64,000 nucleotides of DNA. Origin: Candidatus Poribacteria bacterium. Its GTDB lineage: Bacteria > Poribacteria > WGA-4E > PCPOR2b. The stretch lies in NCBI GenBank assembly GCA_965198175.1, contig OZ240245.1, positions 1,088,001 to 1,152,000 on the forward strand, given 5' to 3'. Below the pieces are notes generated by a model that saw nothing but the letters and a program-made list of their open reading frames with translations, did not search any database and was not told the DNA's origin. The first letter of the stretch is position 1, and every line of letters begins with the position of its first letter. A program made the position numbers and the translations under genes. Shown one piece after another: positions 30,255-40,342 of the stretch.

Positions 30255-32843
30255 ATGAGATATGATAGGTTTACGATAAGGGCGCAGGAAGCAATACAAG
30301 CCGCACAGGACTGTGCGGATCAAATGGAAAGTCCAGAGGTCGGCGCAGAACATCTACTATTGGCGCTGTTAGATCAGGCGGATGGCGTTGTGGCGCCCAT
30401 CCTCCAAAAAGTCGGTGCCGATGTCCACGCCATCAGTTCAGATCTGGATCAGGAGTTTCAAAGCGCACCCAAGGTGCACGGCAATGGTCAGGAACTTCAC
30501 CTGTCAACCGAACTCAGAAACGTCTTTGATACCGCGTGGAAGCAGGCGACGAACCTAAAAGATGAGTATCTGAGCACGGAACACCTGCTTATCGGCTGTG
30601 TGGAAGAAAAGCGGAGTGCCGCGGGAAAAATTCTGAATGAGCACGGCGTCACTAAAGAAAAGATTCTCAAGGCGTTGGTAGAGATTCGCGGCGGACACCG
30701 AGTCACCGATCCGAACGCTGAAGATAAATATCAAGCCCTAACGCGGTTTAGCCGCGATCTGACGCAAGAAGCGATGGCGGGTAAGCTAGATCCGGTCATA
30801 GGACGGGACGATGAAATCCGCCGTGTAATGCAGGTTCTGTCGCGTCGCCGAAAAAACAACCCGGTGCTAATCGGCGAACCCGGCGTTGGAAAAACCGCAA
30901 TCGTTGAAGGGCTTGCACAGCGCATCGTCAACAGCGATGTACCTGAAAATCTGGCGCATAAACGACTCGTTGCGCTCGATCTCGGAGGACTTATCGCCGG
31001 ATCAAAGTTTCGCGGCGAATTTGAAGATCGGCTCAAAGCAGTGCTAAAGGATATTGAACAGTCTGACGGGCAGATTATCCTCTTTATTGACGAACTGCAC
31101 ACAATTGTCGGGGCGGGCGCGGCAGAAGGCGCAGTTGACGCCTCGAATATGCTCAAGCCTGCGCTTGCACGCGGTGAACTGCGATGCATTGGTGCGACAA
31201 CGCTGGATGAGTATCGGAAGTACGTCGAAAAGGACGCAGCGTTGGAGAGGCGATACCAGCCGGTTATGGTGGAAGAACCGTCAGTTGAAAACACAATCGC
31301 GATTCTGCGTGGGTTGAAGGAACGCTACGAGACCCACCACGGCGTCCAGATTCAAGATAAAGCGATTGTGGCTGCAGCGATGCTTTCGGATCGGTATATC
31401 TCGGATAGATTCCTTCCGGATAAAGCCGTGGATCTAATCGACGAAGCGGCTTCACGACGACGAATCGAAATCGACAGCGTCCCAGAAGAGATTGATGAAG
31501 TGGAACGCCGCATCATTCAGTTGGAGATTGAACGGCAGGCACTCGAAAAGGAAGAAGATGATGCCTCCAAAGAGCGGTTGGCGAAACTCGCTGAAGAGCT
31601 TGCTGACTTGGAAGAGAAGCGCAACCAGCTCAAAGCGAGATGGCAGAACGAAAAGGAAACCATAGACCGTATGCGAGGAATCATGGCGCAGATTGAAGCC
31701 CTGAAGACAGAAGAGGAACAGGCAACTCGCGTTGGGAATCTCAACAGAGCATCGCAGATTCGGTACGGAGAGCTCTTCGATCTTGAGGCTCAACTCCAGA
31801 ACGCCAAAGAAAGTTTAGAAAAATTGCAGGAATTGAACCAGATGCTCAAGGAGAAGATTGACCGAGAAGCCATCGCTGAAATTGTGTCCAGATGGACAGG
31901 CATCCCTGTCGCTCGAATGATGGAGGGCGAAGTTCAGAAACTCATTCAGATGGAAGAACGCCTCAAAGAAGAGGTGATTGGGCAAGATGAAGCTGTTGAA
32001 GCAATCTCAAATGCGATCCGGCGTTCCCGAGTTGGGTTGCAAGATCCCAACCGACCAATCGGTTCATTTGTCTTCATGGGTCCGACTGGGGTCGGTAAAA
32101 CGCACCTTGCAAAAGCACTGGCGGAATTTTTGTTCGATGACGCGAGCGCAATGGTGCGAATTGATATGAGCGAGTACATGGAGAAACACACGGTGTCAAG
32201 ACTGATCGGCGCGCCGCCGGGCTATGTTGGCTACGATGAAGGTGGGCAGCTCACAGAAGCTGTCCGTCGTCATCCTTACGGCGTAGTGCTGTTTGACGAG
32301 ATTGAGAAGGCGCACGCAGATGTGTTCAATGTGCTGCTGCAACTGCTTGACGATGGACGGTTGACCGATGGGCATGGGCGCACTGTCGATTTCAAGAACG
32401 CAGTCGTGATTATGACATCGAACATTGGCACCCAGTGGATTAGCGCAGGAGACTTAGACGTTGATGAAATGCGGAATCGAGTCACAGAGGCGATGCAACA
32501 ACACTTCCGCCCTGAATTCCTCAACCGCATTGATGATCTGATCATCTTCAATCGACTTGGTATCAAGGAGATAAAAAGGATTGTTACACTCGAGTTGAAT
32601 CAACTCAGCGCCCGCCTCGCGGAGAAAAATATCACGCTGAATCTTGCGGAGATCGCAAAGGAAGAGATCGCCAATCGCGGTTATGATGAGGTTTACGGCG
32701 CCCGTCCGATCCGTCGCACCATCCAGCGAGATATCCTGAACCCATTAGCCGTTGAGATACTTGAAGGAGAGTTCCGCGAGGGAAGCGCGGTTGAAGTCGA
32801 TTGTGACGATGGAGAATTTCTTTTCCGTGAAGCTAGAGTATAA
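30255..32843 (+). CDS. clpB: ATP-dependent chaperone ClpB
   Basis: Clp N domain, GEPGVGKT, coiled-coil M domain, [26 protein letters not shown]. Confidence 0.97.
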   Translation: MRYDRFTIRAQEAIQAAQDCADQMESPEVGAEHLLLALLDQADGVVAPILQKVGADVHAISSDLDQEFQSAPKVHGNGQELHLSTELRNVFDTAWKQATNLKDEYLSTEHLLIGCVEEKRSAAGKILNEHGVTKEKILKALVEIRGGHRVTDPNAEDKYQALTRFSRDLTQEAMAGKLDPVIGRDDEIRRVMQVLSRRRKNNPVLIGEPGVGKTAIVEGLAQRIVNSDVPENLAHKRLVALDLGGLIAGSKFRGEFEDRLKAVLKDIEQSDGQIILFIDELHTIVGAGAAEGAVDASNMLKPALARGELRCIGATTLDEYRKYVEKDAALERRYQPVMVEEPSVENTIAILRGLKERYETHHGVQIQDKAIVAAAMLSDRYISDRFLPDKAVDLIDEAASRRRIEIDSVPEEIDEVERRIIQLEIERQALEKEEDDASKERLAKLAEELADLEEKRNQLKARWQNEKETIDRMRGIMAQIEALKTEEEQATRVGNLNRASQIRYGELFDLEAQLQNAKESLEKLQELNQMLKEKIDREAIAEIVSRWTGIPVARMMEGEVQKLIQMEERLKEEVIGQDEAVEAISNAIRRSRVGLQDPNRPIGSFVFMGPTGVGKTHLAKALAEFLFDDASAMVRIDMSEYMEKHTVSRLIGAPPGYVGYDEGGQLTEAVRRHPYGVVLFDEIEKAHADVFNVLLQLLDDGRLTDGHGRTVDFKNAVVIMTSNIGTQWISAGDLDVDEMRNRVTEAMQQHFRPEFLNRIDDLIIFNRLGIKEIKRIVTLELNQLSARLAEKNITLNLAEIAKEEIANRGYDEVYGARPIRRTIQRDILNPLAVEILEGEFREGSAVEVDCDDGEFLFREARV

Positions 32844-33113
32844 TCTCAATTACCGTGTGCAAGCGTAACATTTATCGCCAATATTTCACTTCCTAGATGC
32901 AACTCGGGTCGTCATAGCCGGAGTCGTGGGAGTCACGGTTCTTCCACCCATGCTGGAATTCTCACGAATTCGGCTGCGAGTAGATTCTGATGGCATTGAA
33001 AAGTACCACTCACCGCCGTCGAACCTGAGCTGACAGATTGACAGAAGTGCGCACTTTGAATCCCACTCACTATCGCACTAAAGTCGAAGAGCGCTGATAG
33101 CAACAGTTTGTGC

Positions 33114-33142
33114 TTGACATCAAATATTGCGAATGCTATCAT
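33114..33142 (+). promoter_or_regulatory. Sigma-70 promoter upstream of ruvX
   Basis: TTGACA-17-TATCAT with extended TG. Confidence 0.6.
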
Positions 33143-33393
33143 TCAAGCGGTCAGGTTTACGTCAAGACTGGCTTGCGTCCTGCACTCCCAAGTCCAAACG
33201 TGGTAGATATTCATTCACTCCTCCTCTCCTGAAATGGATGCTGCCTCGTGTTTACCCAATGAATTGATTGTTATGCTGGACAAGTGTGTCGACTCGGCGG
33301 GAGAAGCGGGGAAACCCTTTCGTTTTTGGATGACGGTCGGATTGGTTGTTCGATTTCGCGTTCTGGTCGATTTTATGGCAGGTATTACGCATC

Positions 33394-33816
33394 ATGGCAG
33401 TTATTCTTGGATTAGACATCGGTGATGCACGAATCGGCGTCGCAATTAGCGATGAACTCGGAATTGCAGCGCACCCGCTCTGCACAATCACGCGGAAGAG
33501 TCGTAAAGTGGATCTGGCAGCTTTACATGCCCTGATTGACGCGCATGGGGTAGAGCAAATCGTCATCGGGTTGCCGCTTCGGCTCAATGGTGAGATTGGG
33601 ATTCAAGCACAGAAGGTCAAAAAATTTGCTGCGGTTTTGGAGCGTACATTCAATCTGCCGATTTCTTTCTGGGATGAACGGTTCACCACGATTGAGGCGG
33701 AACAGATTCTGCGGGAAACGAAAAAACGCCGTAAGAAGCGGAAGAGGGTCATAGATCAGGTGGCAGCCGTGTTGATTCTTGATGGTTATCTAGAGGAATT
33801 ACAAAACTGTCTTTAG
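33394..33816 (+). CDS. ruvX: RuvX/YqgF pre-16S rRNA nuclease
   Basis: ILGLDIGDARIGVAISD, IGLP, WDERFTT, IDQVAAVLIL; start at ATG 33394. Confidence 0.95.
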   Translation: MAVILGLDIGDARIGVAISDELGIAAHPLCTITRKSRKVDLAALHALIDAHGVEQIVIGLPLRLNGEIGIQAQKVKKFAAVLERTFNLPISFWDERFTTIEAEQILRETKKRRKKRKRVIDQVAAVLILDGYLEELQNCL

Positions 33817-33909
33817 CGAGGATGGTATCTTGTATGTCTCTTAAGTGAAGTAATCGCGGTGAATGCCAAGTAACTAATATTGGATTAGGCGTAAAAAAGC
33901 AAAAATACA

Positions 33910-34947
33910 ATGAGATTGCGCATCCTTCGTAAGGACGCAGCACTGCGTGTCCCTTCAATTATCAATTTTACAATATTCAGTTTGTCTATCTCGGGCACGA
34001 TTGCAGCGTTTGTTGCGTTGATGTGCCTGAAGCCTGTCAGTCGAGATGCTAAACCGCAGATATCCGCAATTTCTATCGGCATGAGTTCAAAAGCAATAGC
34101 AAAACAGCTTGCTCGTGAAAATCTGATTCGCAGTTCGATGATGTTCCAATTGATGTCTCGGTTCAGCGGAGTTAGTCGTGATTTGAAAGCAGGAACCTAC
34201 CAGTTGAGCGGTTCGATGACACTCATGCATATTATCGATCAGCTTAAAGCGGGAAGGGTAGAGACGCGCCGATTTGTTGTGCCCGAAGGCTTGACGATTG
34301 CTCAGATTGGACAGCTTTGGGAAAGCGAGGGATTTGGAACCAAAGAAGCGTTCGCTCGGTCTGCTAGTGCTCCACAGTGGCGGGCAAAATTCAGGATTGA
34401 AGGGGAAACGTTGGAAGGCTATCTTTTCCCAAATACTTACCAATTGGCTGATGGAACACCCCCTCACAAACACATTGAAGTGATGCTCAATATATTTTAC
34501 CGGTCGTGGACACCAAGGTTGAGTGAGGAAGCCGAATCGCTACAATTATCTACACACGAAGTGGTTACTTTGGCATCAATTGTTGAAAAGGAAGCAAAGC
34601 ACGCTCATGAACGTCCATTAATTTCAGCTGTTTACCACAATCGCCTGCGTCGAGGTTGGCGGTTGGAAGCGGATCCAACTGTTCTTTATGCGCTTGGAAA
34701 TCCCAAACGTCGATTGACAAGAGTGGATCTCGAAGTAGATTCTCCATACAATACATACCTTCATAAGGGGTTACCGCCAGGGCCTATTTGTAATCCGGGG
34801 ATGGATTCAATTTTTGCAGCCTTACGTCCCATTTCCACCTCTCATCTTTACTTTGTAGCGATTGACGATGGAAAACATCACTTCTCAACAACCTTTAGGG
34901 AACACCAAAAAATGATTCGCCAAATTAAAGCGCGGGGTACGAATTGA
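33910..34947 (+). CDS. mltG: Endolytic transglycosylase MltG
   Basis: LKAGTY, VPEGLT, LEGYLFPNTY, LASIVEKE, LEADPTV.Y, SPYNTY..GLPPGPICNPG. Confidence 0.95.
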   Translation: MRLRILRKDAALRVPSIINFTIFSLSISGTIAAFVALMCLKPVSRDAKPQISAISIGMSSKAIAKQLARENLIRSSMMFQLMSRFSGVSRDLKAGTYQLSGSMTLMHIIDQLKAGRVETRRFVVPEGLTIAQIGQLWESEGFGTKEAFARSASAPQWRAKFRIEGETLEGYLFPNTYQLADGTPPHKHIEVMLNIFYRSWTPRLSEEAESLQLSTHEVVTLASIVEKEAKHAHERPLISAVYHNRLRRGWRLEADPTVLYALGNPKRRLTRVDLEVDSPYNTYLHKGLPPGPICNPGMDSIFAALRPISTSHLYFVAIDDGKHHFSTTFREHQKMIRQIKARGTN

Positions 34948-34989
34948 CAGGTTTAAACTTGTCAGCCTACAAAGAAGGGAGACGTTGAT

Positions 34990-36273
34990 TTGGAGCAACA
35001 ACAGACAATTCAGAATGAGGCGAAAATTTCAGGGTGTGGATTGATGCTTGGCGAACCAGTTGAACTGATCTTTAAATCTGCTCCGGAAGATTACGGAGTC
35101 GTATTTCACCGAATCGATCTCCCCGGTAAGCCCTCGATTAGGGTTTGCCCCGATAACTATGAAGCAGCGATACCCCGCTGTACTAGCCTACGTAGTGGAG
35201 ATGCGACAATCAGTAGTGTTGAGCACCTGTTGTCGGCGTTGGCAGGTATGGGGATTGATAATGTGAGCATTGACATTAACGCACCGGAGCCGCCTGCACT
35301 AGATGGAAGCGCACTGCCATATGTTCATCTTATAAAACAGTCTGGCATCATTCAACAAAACGCCCCGCGATCCTTGATTGAATTATCGGAACCGTTCGCT
35401 GTTTATGACAAGGACAAGCAACTTATCTTACTCCCTTCAGATGTTTTGCAAGTCTCTCTCGTGTACGATCATCCTCGAATTCCGCCTCAAGTGACAACTT
35501 ACATCATCCAGCCAGAGATATATGAAAATGAGATTGCTCCTGCACGCAGTTTCTGTTTCGCCGATGAAGTCGAGGCGCTCAAAAATCAGGGGATTGGTAA
35601 GGGAGCGACTCATGAAAACGTAATCGTTGTTGATGAAGGTCAAAAGACGAGTGATGCTTTAAGGTTTGAGGATGAATTCGTTCGACACAAAATCTTGGAT
35701 TTGATTGGCGATCTTTACTTGGGTGGTCAGCTTCCCAAATCACATGTCATTGCGATACGATCCGGTCACACTTTACACGCGCAACTGATTCAAATGCTAG
35801 CGGAAAAACGACTTATTGGACCGCGGTTAACGAAACCGGTTGAATCCATGGAGATTTATCGGATTCTCCCACACCGTTATCCCATGTGCATGGTCGATCG
35901 GGTTATCGAAATCGAACCGGGAAAACGAGCAGTCGGTATCAAAAATCTCACATACAACGAGCAATTTTTTCAGGGCCATTTTCCTGAACAGCCGGTGATG
36001 CCAGGCGTATTACAGATGGAGGCGTTAGCACAACTTGGCGCATGGTTGTTACTACAAGAACAAGCTGTTGAGGGACAACTTGGATATTTTGCCTCGATTA
36101 AAGAAGCGAAGTTTCGACGCCCCGTAATTCCGGGCGATCAACTCAGATTGGAAGTTGAAATTCTACGGAGACGTCGGACGTGGGCGCGAATCGGTGTCAA
36201 AGCATATGTCGATGAAGAACTCACAGCCGAGGGGGAGTTGGCAATTGCGCTTAATGAAAACACAGCAGCGTAA
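34990..36273 (+). CDS. lpxC-fabZ: Bifunctional LpxC/FabZ fusion
   Basis: LpxC: VEHLLSAL, DGSA, IAPARSF, HKILDLIGD; FabZ: LPHRYP, FFQGHFP..PVMPGVL..EALAQ. Confidence 0.95.
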   Translation: MEQQQTIQNEAKISGCGLMLGEPVELIFKSAPEDYGVVFHRIDLPGKPSIRVCPDNYEAAIPRCTSLRSGDATISSVEHLLSALAGMGIDNVSIDINAPEPPALDGSALPYVHLIKQSGIIQQNAPRSLIELSEPFAVYDKDKQLILLPSDVLQVSLVYDHPRIPPQVTTYIIQPEIYENEIAPARSFCFADEVEALKNQGIGKGATHENVIVVDEGQKTSDALRFEDEFVRHKILDLIGDLYLGGQLPKSHVIAIRSGHTLHAQLIQMLAEKRLIGPRLTKPVESMEIYRILPHRYPMCMVDRVIEIEPGKRAVGIKNLTYNEQFFQGHFPEQPVMPGVLQMEALAQLGAWLLLQEQAVEGQLGYFASIKEAKFRRPVIPGDQLRLEVEILRRRRTWARIGVKAYVDEELTAEGELAIALNENTAA

Positions 36274-36409
36274 GAAATCGACTTTAACGCCGCTAGCTTA
36301 ACTTCTGAGTGACTCCACATAGCGCTTGCTGTCAATGATTGTCACTAAATGAAGGAATAGAAACATGCCCTCTGCGCATTTACGGCAGTTATGAATGGGG
36401 AGACGACTA

Positions 36410-37201
36410 GTGAGTAAAATTCACCCGACCGCAATTATTTCTCCAACAGCAGAGATCGGGGAGAACATTGAAGTCGGACCCTTTTCAATCATCAGCGACG
36501 AGGTCCAAATCGGTCGTGGAACGGTGATTGGTCCACATGTTCAAATTGATCGCTGGACAATCATTGGCGAAGAATGCCAAATCTTCTTCGGGTGTACCAT
36601 CGGTAATCCTTCAAAAGATCTTAAATACGGGGGTTGGCGAAGTTATGTCCGAGTTGGAAATCGGAATGTGTTGCGAGAATACGTTTCTATTTCCAGATCT
36701 ACTGTTGAGGATGCAGTAACGATTGTTGGAGATGATAATTTATTAATGAATTGGGTGAACATCGCCCATGACGTTGTTGTTGGACATCGGACAATTATGG
36801 CGAATTTTGCTACTCTGGGCGGACATGTAATAGTCGAGGACGATGCGCGAATTGGCGCGCATGCTGCATTTCATCAATTTGTACGAGTTGGCAAAATGGC
36901 AATGGCTGGAGCATGCTCGAAGTTTGTACAGGACGTACCGCCATTCACCATTTCCGACGGTCATCCCGCCCGTGTCCGTGCATTGAATGTGGTTGGTCTC
37001 GGATCCTCAGGAATCCACCCTATGGCATCCCTCTCGCCGGAAACGATCAGGCATCTCAAACAAGCCCACCGCATCCTTTTTCGATCTAAGGTCGATTTCA
37101 CCAAGGCAATTGCACGGGTGAGAAGTGAAGTCGATTCGAACGAGGAAGTGGAATATCTTCTGAACTTTATTGAAAACTCTAATCGGGGTATTGGGGTTTA
37201 G
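36410..37201 (+). CDS. lpxA: UDP-N-acetylglucosamine O-acyltransferase
   Basis: IHPTAII, hexapeptide repeats, AHD, LGGHV, HQFVRVG, DVPPF; GTG start behind GGGAGA. Confidence 0.94.
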   Translation: MSKIHPTAIISPTAEIGENIEVGPFSIISDEVQIGRGTVIGPHVQIDRWTIIGEECQIFFGCTIGNPSKDLKYGGWRSYVRVGNRNVLREYVSISRSTVEDAVTIVGDDNLLMNWVNIAHDVVVGHRTIMANFATLGGHVIVEDDARIGAHAAFHQFVRVGKMAMAGACSKFVQDVPPFTISDGHPARVRALNVVGLGSSGIHPMASLSPETIRHLKQAHRILFRSKVDFTKAIARVRSEVDSNEEVEYLLNFIENSNRGIGV

Positions 37202-37250
37202 ACGTAAAAGCGTTAGAAAGTGGACATAAATTTGGATTGGGAGAGCAGGG

Positions 37251-38054
37251 TTGGAGAAACTCGGAATTGTCGCAGGGATGGGAGAGTTACCCGTGTTGAT
37301 GGCGCAGGCGGCGATCGATTACGGACGCTTACCGGTTGTCATCCCAATCACGCAAACCCCCTCTAAGCGATTGGCAGATGTTGTTTCCGAGATGTATCCG
37401 GCTGGTATTGGACAAATCCAAAAGATTACACGCATATTTCTCGATTCAGGTGTCCGGGAAATAGTGATTATTGGAAAGATCCATAAAAGCGTGCTACTTC
37501 GTCCCTTTCTAGTGGATGCGACAGCAGTAAAAATTCTAGCAAGAACTCGGAACAAAGGTATCCGCGCGATCATGGCTGCGGTTATTGATCATTTTGAATC
37601 GAAAGGGCTCTCTGTCGTTGAGCAACACCGTTTCCTCAAGGAATTAATGCCTAAAGCTGGAGTATTGACGAAAAAGCAGCCGACGGCATCGCAATGGACA
37701 GATTTGCAGTACGGTATGCAACTGGCTCGTCAAGTTGCAAACTTGGACATTGGACAAACAGTAATCGTCAAAGCGTTAATGCCAATTGCTATTGAAGCCA
37801 TTGAGGGAACAGATCAGGCAATACAACGTGGCGGAGACCTCGGTGGTAAAGGGATAGTTGTTGCCAAAGCCGCGGCTTGCCATCACGATTTCCGAATTGA
37901 CGTTCCAACTGTTGGAGATGAAACTCTGAAAGTGCTGCGTGAGGTTAACGGAAGCGTTCTGGCTGTTGAAGCGGAGCGTACATTTGTGGTAAATCAGGCA
38001 GTCCTTTGCAAACAAGCAGATCTATGGAATATTTCCATCGTTGCTGTGGAGTGA
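37251..38054 (+). CDS. lpxI: UDP-2,3-diacylglucosamine diphosphatase LpxI (DUF1009)
   Basis: LGIVAG.GELP, LDIGQTV, AIEAIEGTD, D.RIDVPTVG. Confidence 0.92.
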   Translation: MEKLGIVAGMGELPVLMAQAAIDYGRLPVVIPITQTPSKRLADVVSEMYPAGIGQIQKITRIFLDSGVREIVIIGKIHKSVLLRPFLVDATAVKILARTRNKGIRAIMAAVIDHFESKGLSVVEQHRFLKELMPKAGVLTKKQPTASQWTDLQYGMQLARQVANLDIGQTVIVKALMPIAIEAIEGTDQAIQRGGDLGGKGIVVAKAAACHHDFRIDVPTVGDETLKVLREVNGSVLAVEAERTFVVNQAVLCKQADLWNISIVAVE

Positions 38055-38215
38055 GATTGGAGTCGAAAGTAATGCGCAGTACCCAGCACCTATGATTAGT
38101 TCATGTTCCAACATGTCCTGACACACTAGATTCTGAAGGCGATGCAGAGCAGAAATGAAATAAGAGATGCTTGTGGGAGAAAAAAAATAGATTAGGGAAA
38201 GTAAGGAAGTGGATG

Positions 38216-38252
38216 TTTGTGGAACGCAGGGGATGATCCTTACGTTCCACAC
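38216..38252. terminator. Hairpin between convergent lpxI and the selenoprotein gene
   Basis: gtggaacg-c-aggg gatga t cctt-a-cgttccac inverted repeat. Confidence 0.55.
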
Positions 38253-38282
38253 ATAACATAGAAAGCATTCACACCCTGTTTC

Positions 38283-38513
38283 TTAGCTCGCTTCAATAGC
38301 TGAAGTGATCTGCTTCGTGGTTGGAAACTCGCCTGTTTGGAGTTTAGAGTAGATTAGGTTTCCATTACGCGTCACCTCAAAGCAGCCACCGCTGCCCGGG
38401 ACAAGGGTGAGTCCCTTAATATCTGTCTTGTATTTATCCAAGAGTTCCTGCGTCAAACTGACGGCTGTGGGTAAATAGCCTCAAGCAGTGCAATATTCAA
38501 TTTGTAGATTCAT
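38283..38513 (-). CDS. SelW/SelT/SelH (Rdx family) selenoprotein, 76 aa, Sec at codon 11
   Basis: MNLQIEYCTA-U(TGA 38481-38483)-GYLPTAVSLTQELL...LTLVPGSGGCFEVTRNGNLIYSKLQTGEFP; AGGAGG RBS; not in the ORF track. Confidence 0.92.
38451..38463 (-). promoter_or_regulatory. Candidate bacterial SECIS hairpin
   Basis: CGTCA-GTT-TGACG; loop starts with G, 22 nt after the UGA. Confidence 0.6.
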
Positions 38514-38680
38514 CGCGAATCCTCCTAAGCAGTCAATTTCCTTAATAGTGGGGCATTAAAACCGCTCCCAATCTGATAATTTACAATTTTACAAAAATTT
38601 TGAGCACTTCGCAAGTATTTTCCGCGCTTCCATGTATGAGTATAAGCGGCGAATCGACTGACAATGCACTGCCAATAGAT

Positions 38681-39487
38681 TTACCAGCGCACTCGACAAA
38701 ATTCCTCATAGTCAATCAGTTCGTGGATAGTCGGATTTTCACCGCACATAGGACATTGGGTATCTTGTCGAAGGTTTAACTTTTTGAATTCCATCGTTAA
38801 AGCGTTGAATAGAAGTAACCGACCGATGAGCGGTTCGCCAATGTCAAGCAAAGTTATGATAGTTTCAACCGCTTGTACACTTCCGATAATTCCCGGCAAT
38901 ACACCAAATACGCCTGCCTCTTGACAACTTGGTGCCATCCCCGGCGGCGGTGGCATGGGATAAAGGCAGCGATAACAAGGTCCCTTACCCGGATAGAACA
39001 CTGTCGCTTGTCCTTCAAACTGAAAGATGCTGCCGTGTACGTTCGGCTTGCCGAGCATCACACAAGCATCATTGATCAGATAACGGGTGGGGAAGTTATC
39101 ACACCCATCAACAACCAGATCGTACCCTCCAATAATCTCAAGTGCGTTTTCTGAAGATAGGCGTTCTGTGTGGGTAATAACCTTTACATCAGGATTAATA
39201 TCTGCAATCGTCTCCTTCGCAGACTCAACTTTTGGACGACCGATATCACTCATACCGTGCAGAATTTGTCGTTGAAGGTTGCTCAGATCTACGATATCTT
39301 GATCGATGATTCCCAACGTTCCGACGCCAGCAGCCGCAAGATAAAGCCCAGCCGGTGAACCTAATCCGCCTGCGCCAATGAGCAAAACTCTCGATTCGAG
39401 GAGCTTGGTCTGTCCCATCCCACCAACTTCTTTGAGGATGATGTGTCGGCTATACCGTTCAATTTGCTCGTTACTGAAATTAAACAT
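38681..39487 (-). CDS. moeB: MoeB/ThiF family adenylyltransferase (MoeZ-like, no rhodanese domain)
   Basis: RYSRHI, IGAGGLG, SNLQRQ, DGCDNFPTRY, GPCYRC, SCQEAGVFG, CPMC, LIDYEEFC. Confidence 0.88.
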   Translation of the reverse strand: MFNFSNEQIERYSRHIILKEVGGMGQTKLLESRVLLIGAGGLGSPAGLYLAAAGVGTLGIIDQDIVDLSNLQRQILHGMSDIGRPKVESAKETIADINPDVKVITHTERLSSENALEIIGGYDLVVDGCDNFPTRYLINDACVMLGKPNVHGSIFQFEGQATVFYPGKGPCYRCLYPMPPPPGMAPSCQEAGVFGVLPGIIGSVQAVETIITLLDIGEPLIGRLLLFNALTMEFKKLNLRQDTQCPMCGENPTIHELIDYEEFCRVRW

Positions 39488-39530
39488 CTGAATGTCTCTC
39501 CCTCGTGAAACGCCTCAATAGACGCCACTA

Positions 39531-40109
39531 CTAATCCTCCAGATTTGCTAGAAGGTCCGAAACGCTTTTGTTTGAACTCGCAGAAATCCGAATCATGAAC
39601 CGCTCTCGCGTGTCCTCGGATGCAAGTTCAAGTGTGAAATCATTACTCCCGTACATCTGCTGAAGCACGAAACTCAATTCCTGCCTAATCCCCTCAAAAG
39701 ACTCATCGGTATTCGGGGCGATATGTCGATTGTTGACCATAAACAGGATGTCATCGCCATTGAACCGAACTTCGTTCTCCAGTTCTTCAGCTTCTTCCAA
39801 ACAATGGCACCTTTGAAGCGTTTCGACAAACGCTTGATGAAGTTTTTGGCGATTACTCCCTTCTGTCTTATGCTTCCGGTTGTAGAGGAAACCGTGACGG
39901 TTCTGGGCGTTATCAATGCTATAATTCGCACGTTTGGAAATCAACAGCACACCGGGACCTGCATGTGTAAAGGAATAATCTGCGTAGTTCAGGTAATCGT
40001 CCTGATCTGCTTCCGTCATCCACCGGTTGAAGACTTTAATGAAGTTCTCGTAACTGATACGACTGTCTTCTGTAACGAAGACCTTGATGTTAATCTGTTG
40101 TAAGTCCAT
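39531..40109 (-). CDS. Conserved hypothetical protein
   Basis: 192 aa ORF co-oriented with moeB, 43 nt gap; ADY..AGPGVLL..NYS.D..G.LYNRK core. Confidence 0.7.
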   Translation of the reverse strand: MDLQQINIKVFVTEDSRISYENFIKVFNRWMTEADQDDYLNYADYSFTHAGPGVLLISKRANYSIDNAQNRHGFLYNRKHKTEGSNRQKLHQAFVETLQRCHCLEEAEELENEVRFNGDDILFMVNNRHIAPNTDESFEGIRQELSFVLQQMYGSNDFTLELASEDTRERFMIRISASSNKSVSDLLANLED

Positions 40110-40342
40110 TAGTAGTTGTATCCGTAAATTCCTTTTCTATAAAAATATGAATTAACACCCAACAGGACCATGAGGAGACGAACAAAGCCGCCTGCTCAAA
40201 AATCCAGTTGCTGCGGGGGTGCTGGCTCAATTTGATTAGGGACTTGGAATCCAGTAACGATTGCAAGTTTCTAGTAGTAACTCTGGCGTCGCGCTTTTAA
40301 CGAATTACCCCTCGCAAGAACGTTGTCTGTCGTGAATAGCTA

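Noticed and set aside
30731..31294. 187 aa minus-strand ORF and others within clpB
   Set aside because: Typical antisense ORFs of a conserved gene
34990..36273. LpxC-FabZ fusion as a novelty
   Set aside because: Already well known from Bacteroidota and other phyla
40110..40342. Riboswitch (SAM/TPP/Moco) ahead of the moeB cluster
   Set aside because: One strong hairpin (~40237-40273) but no consensus core; more likely a terminator
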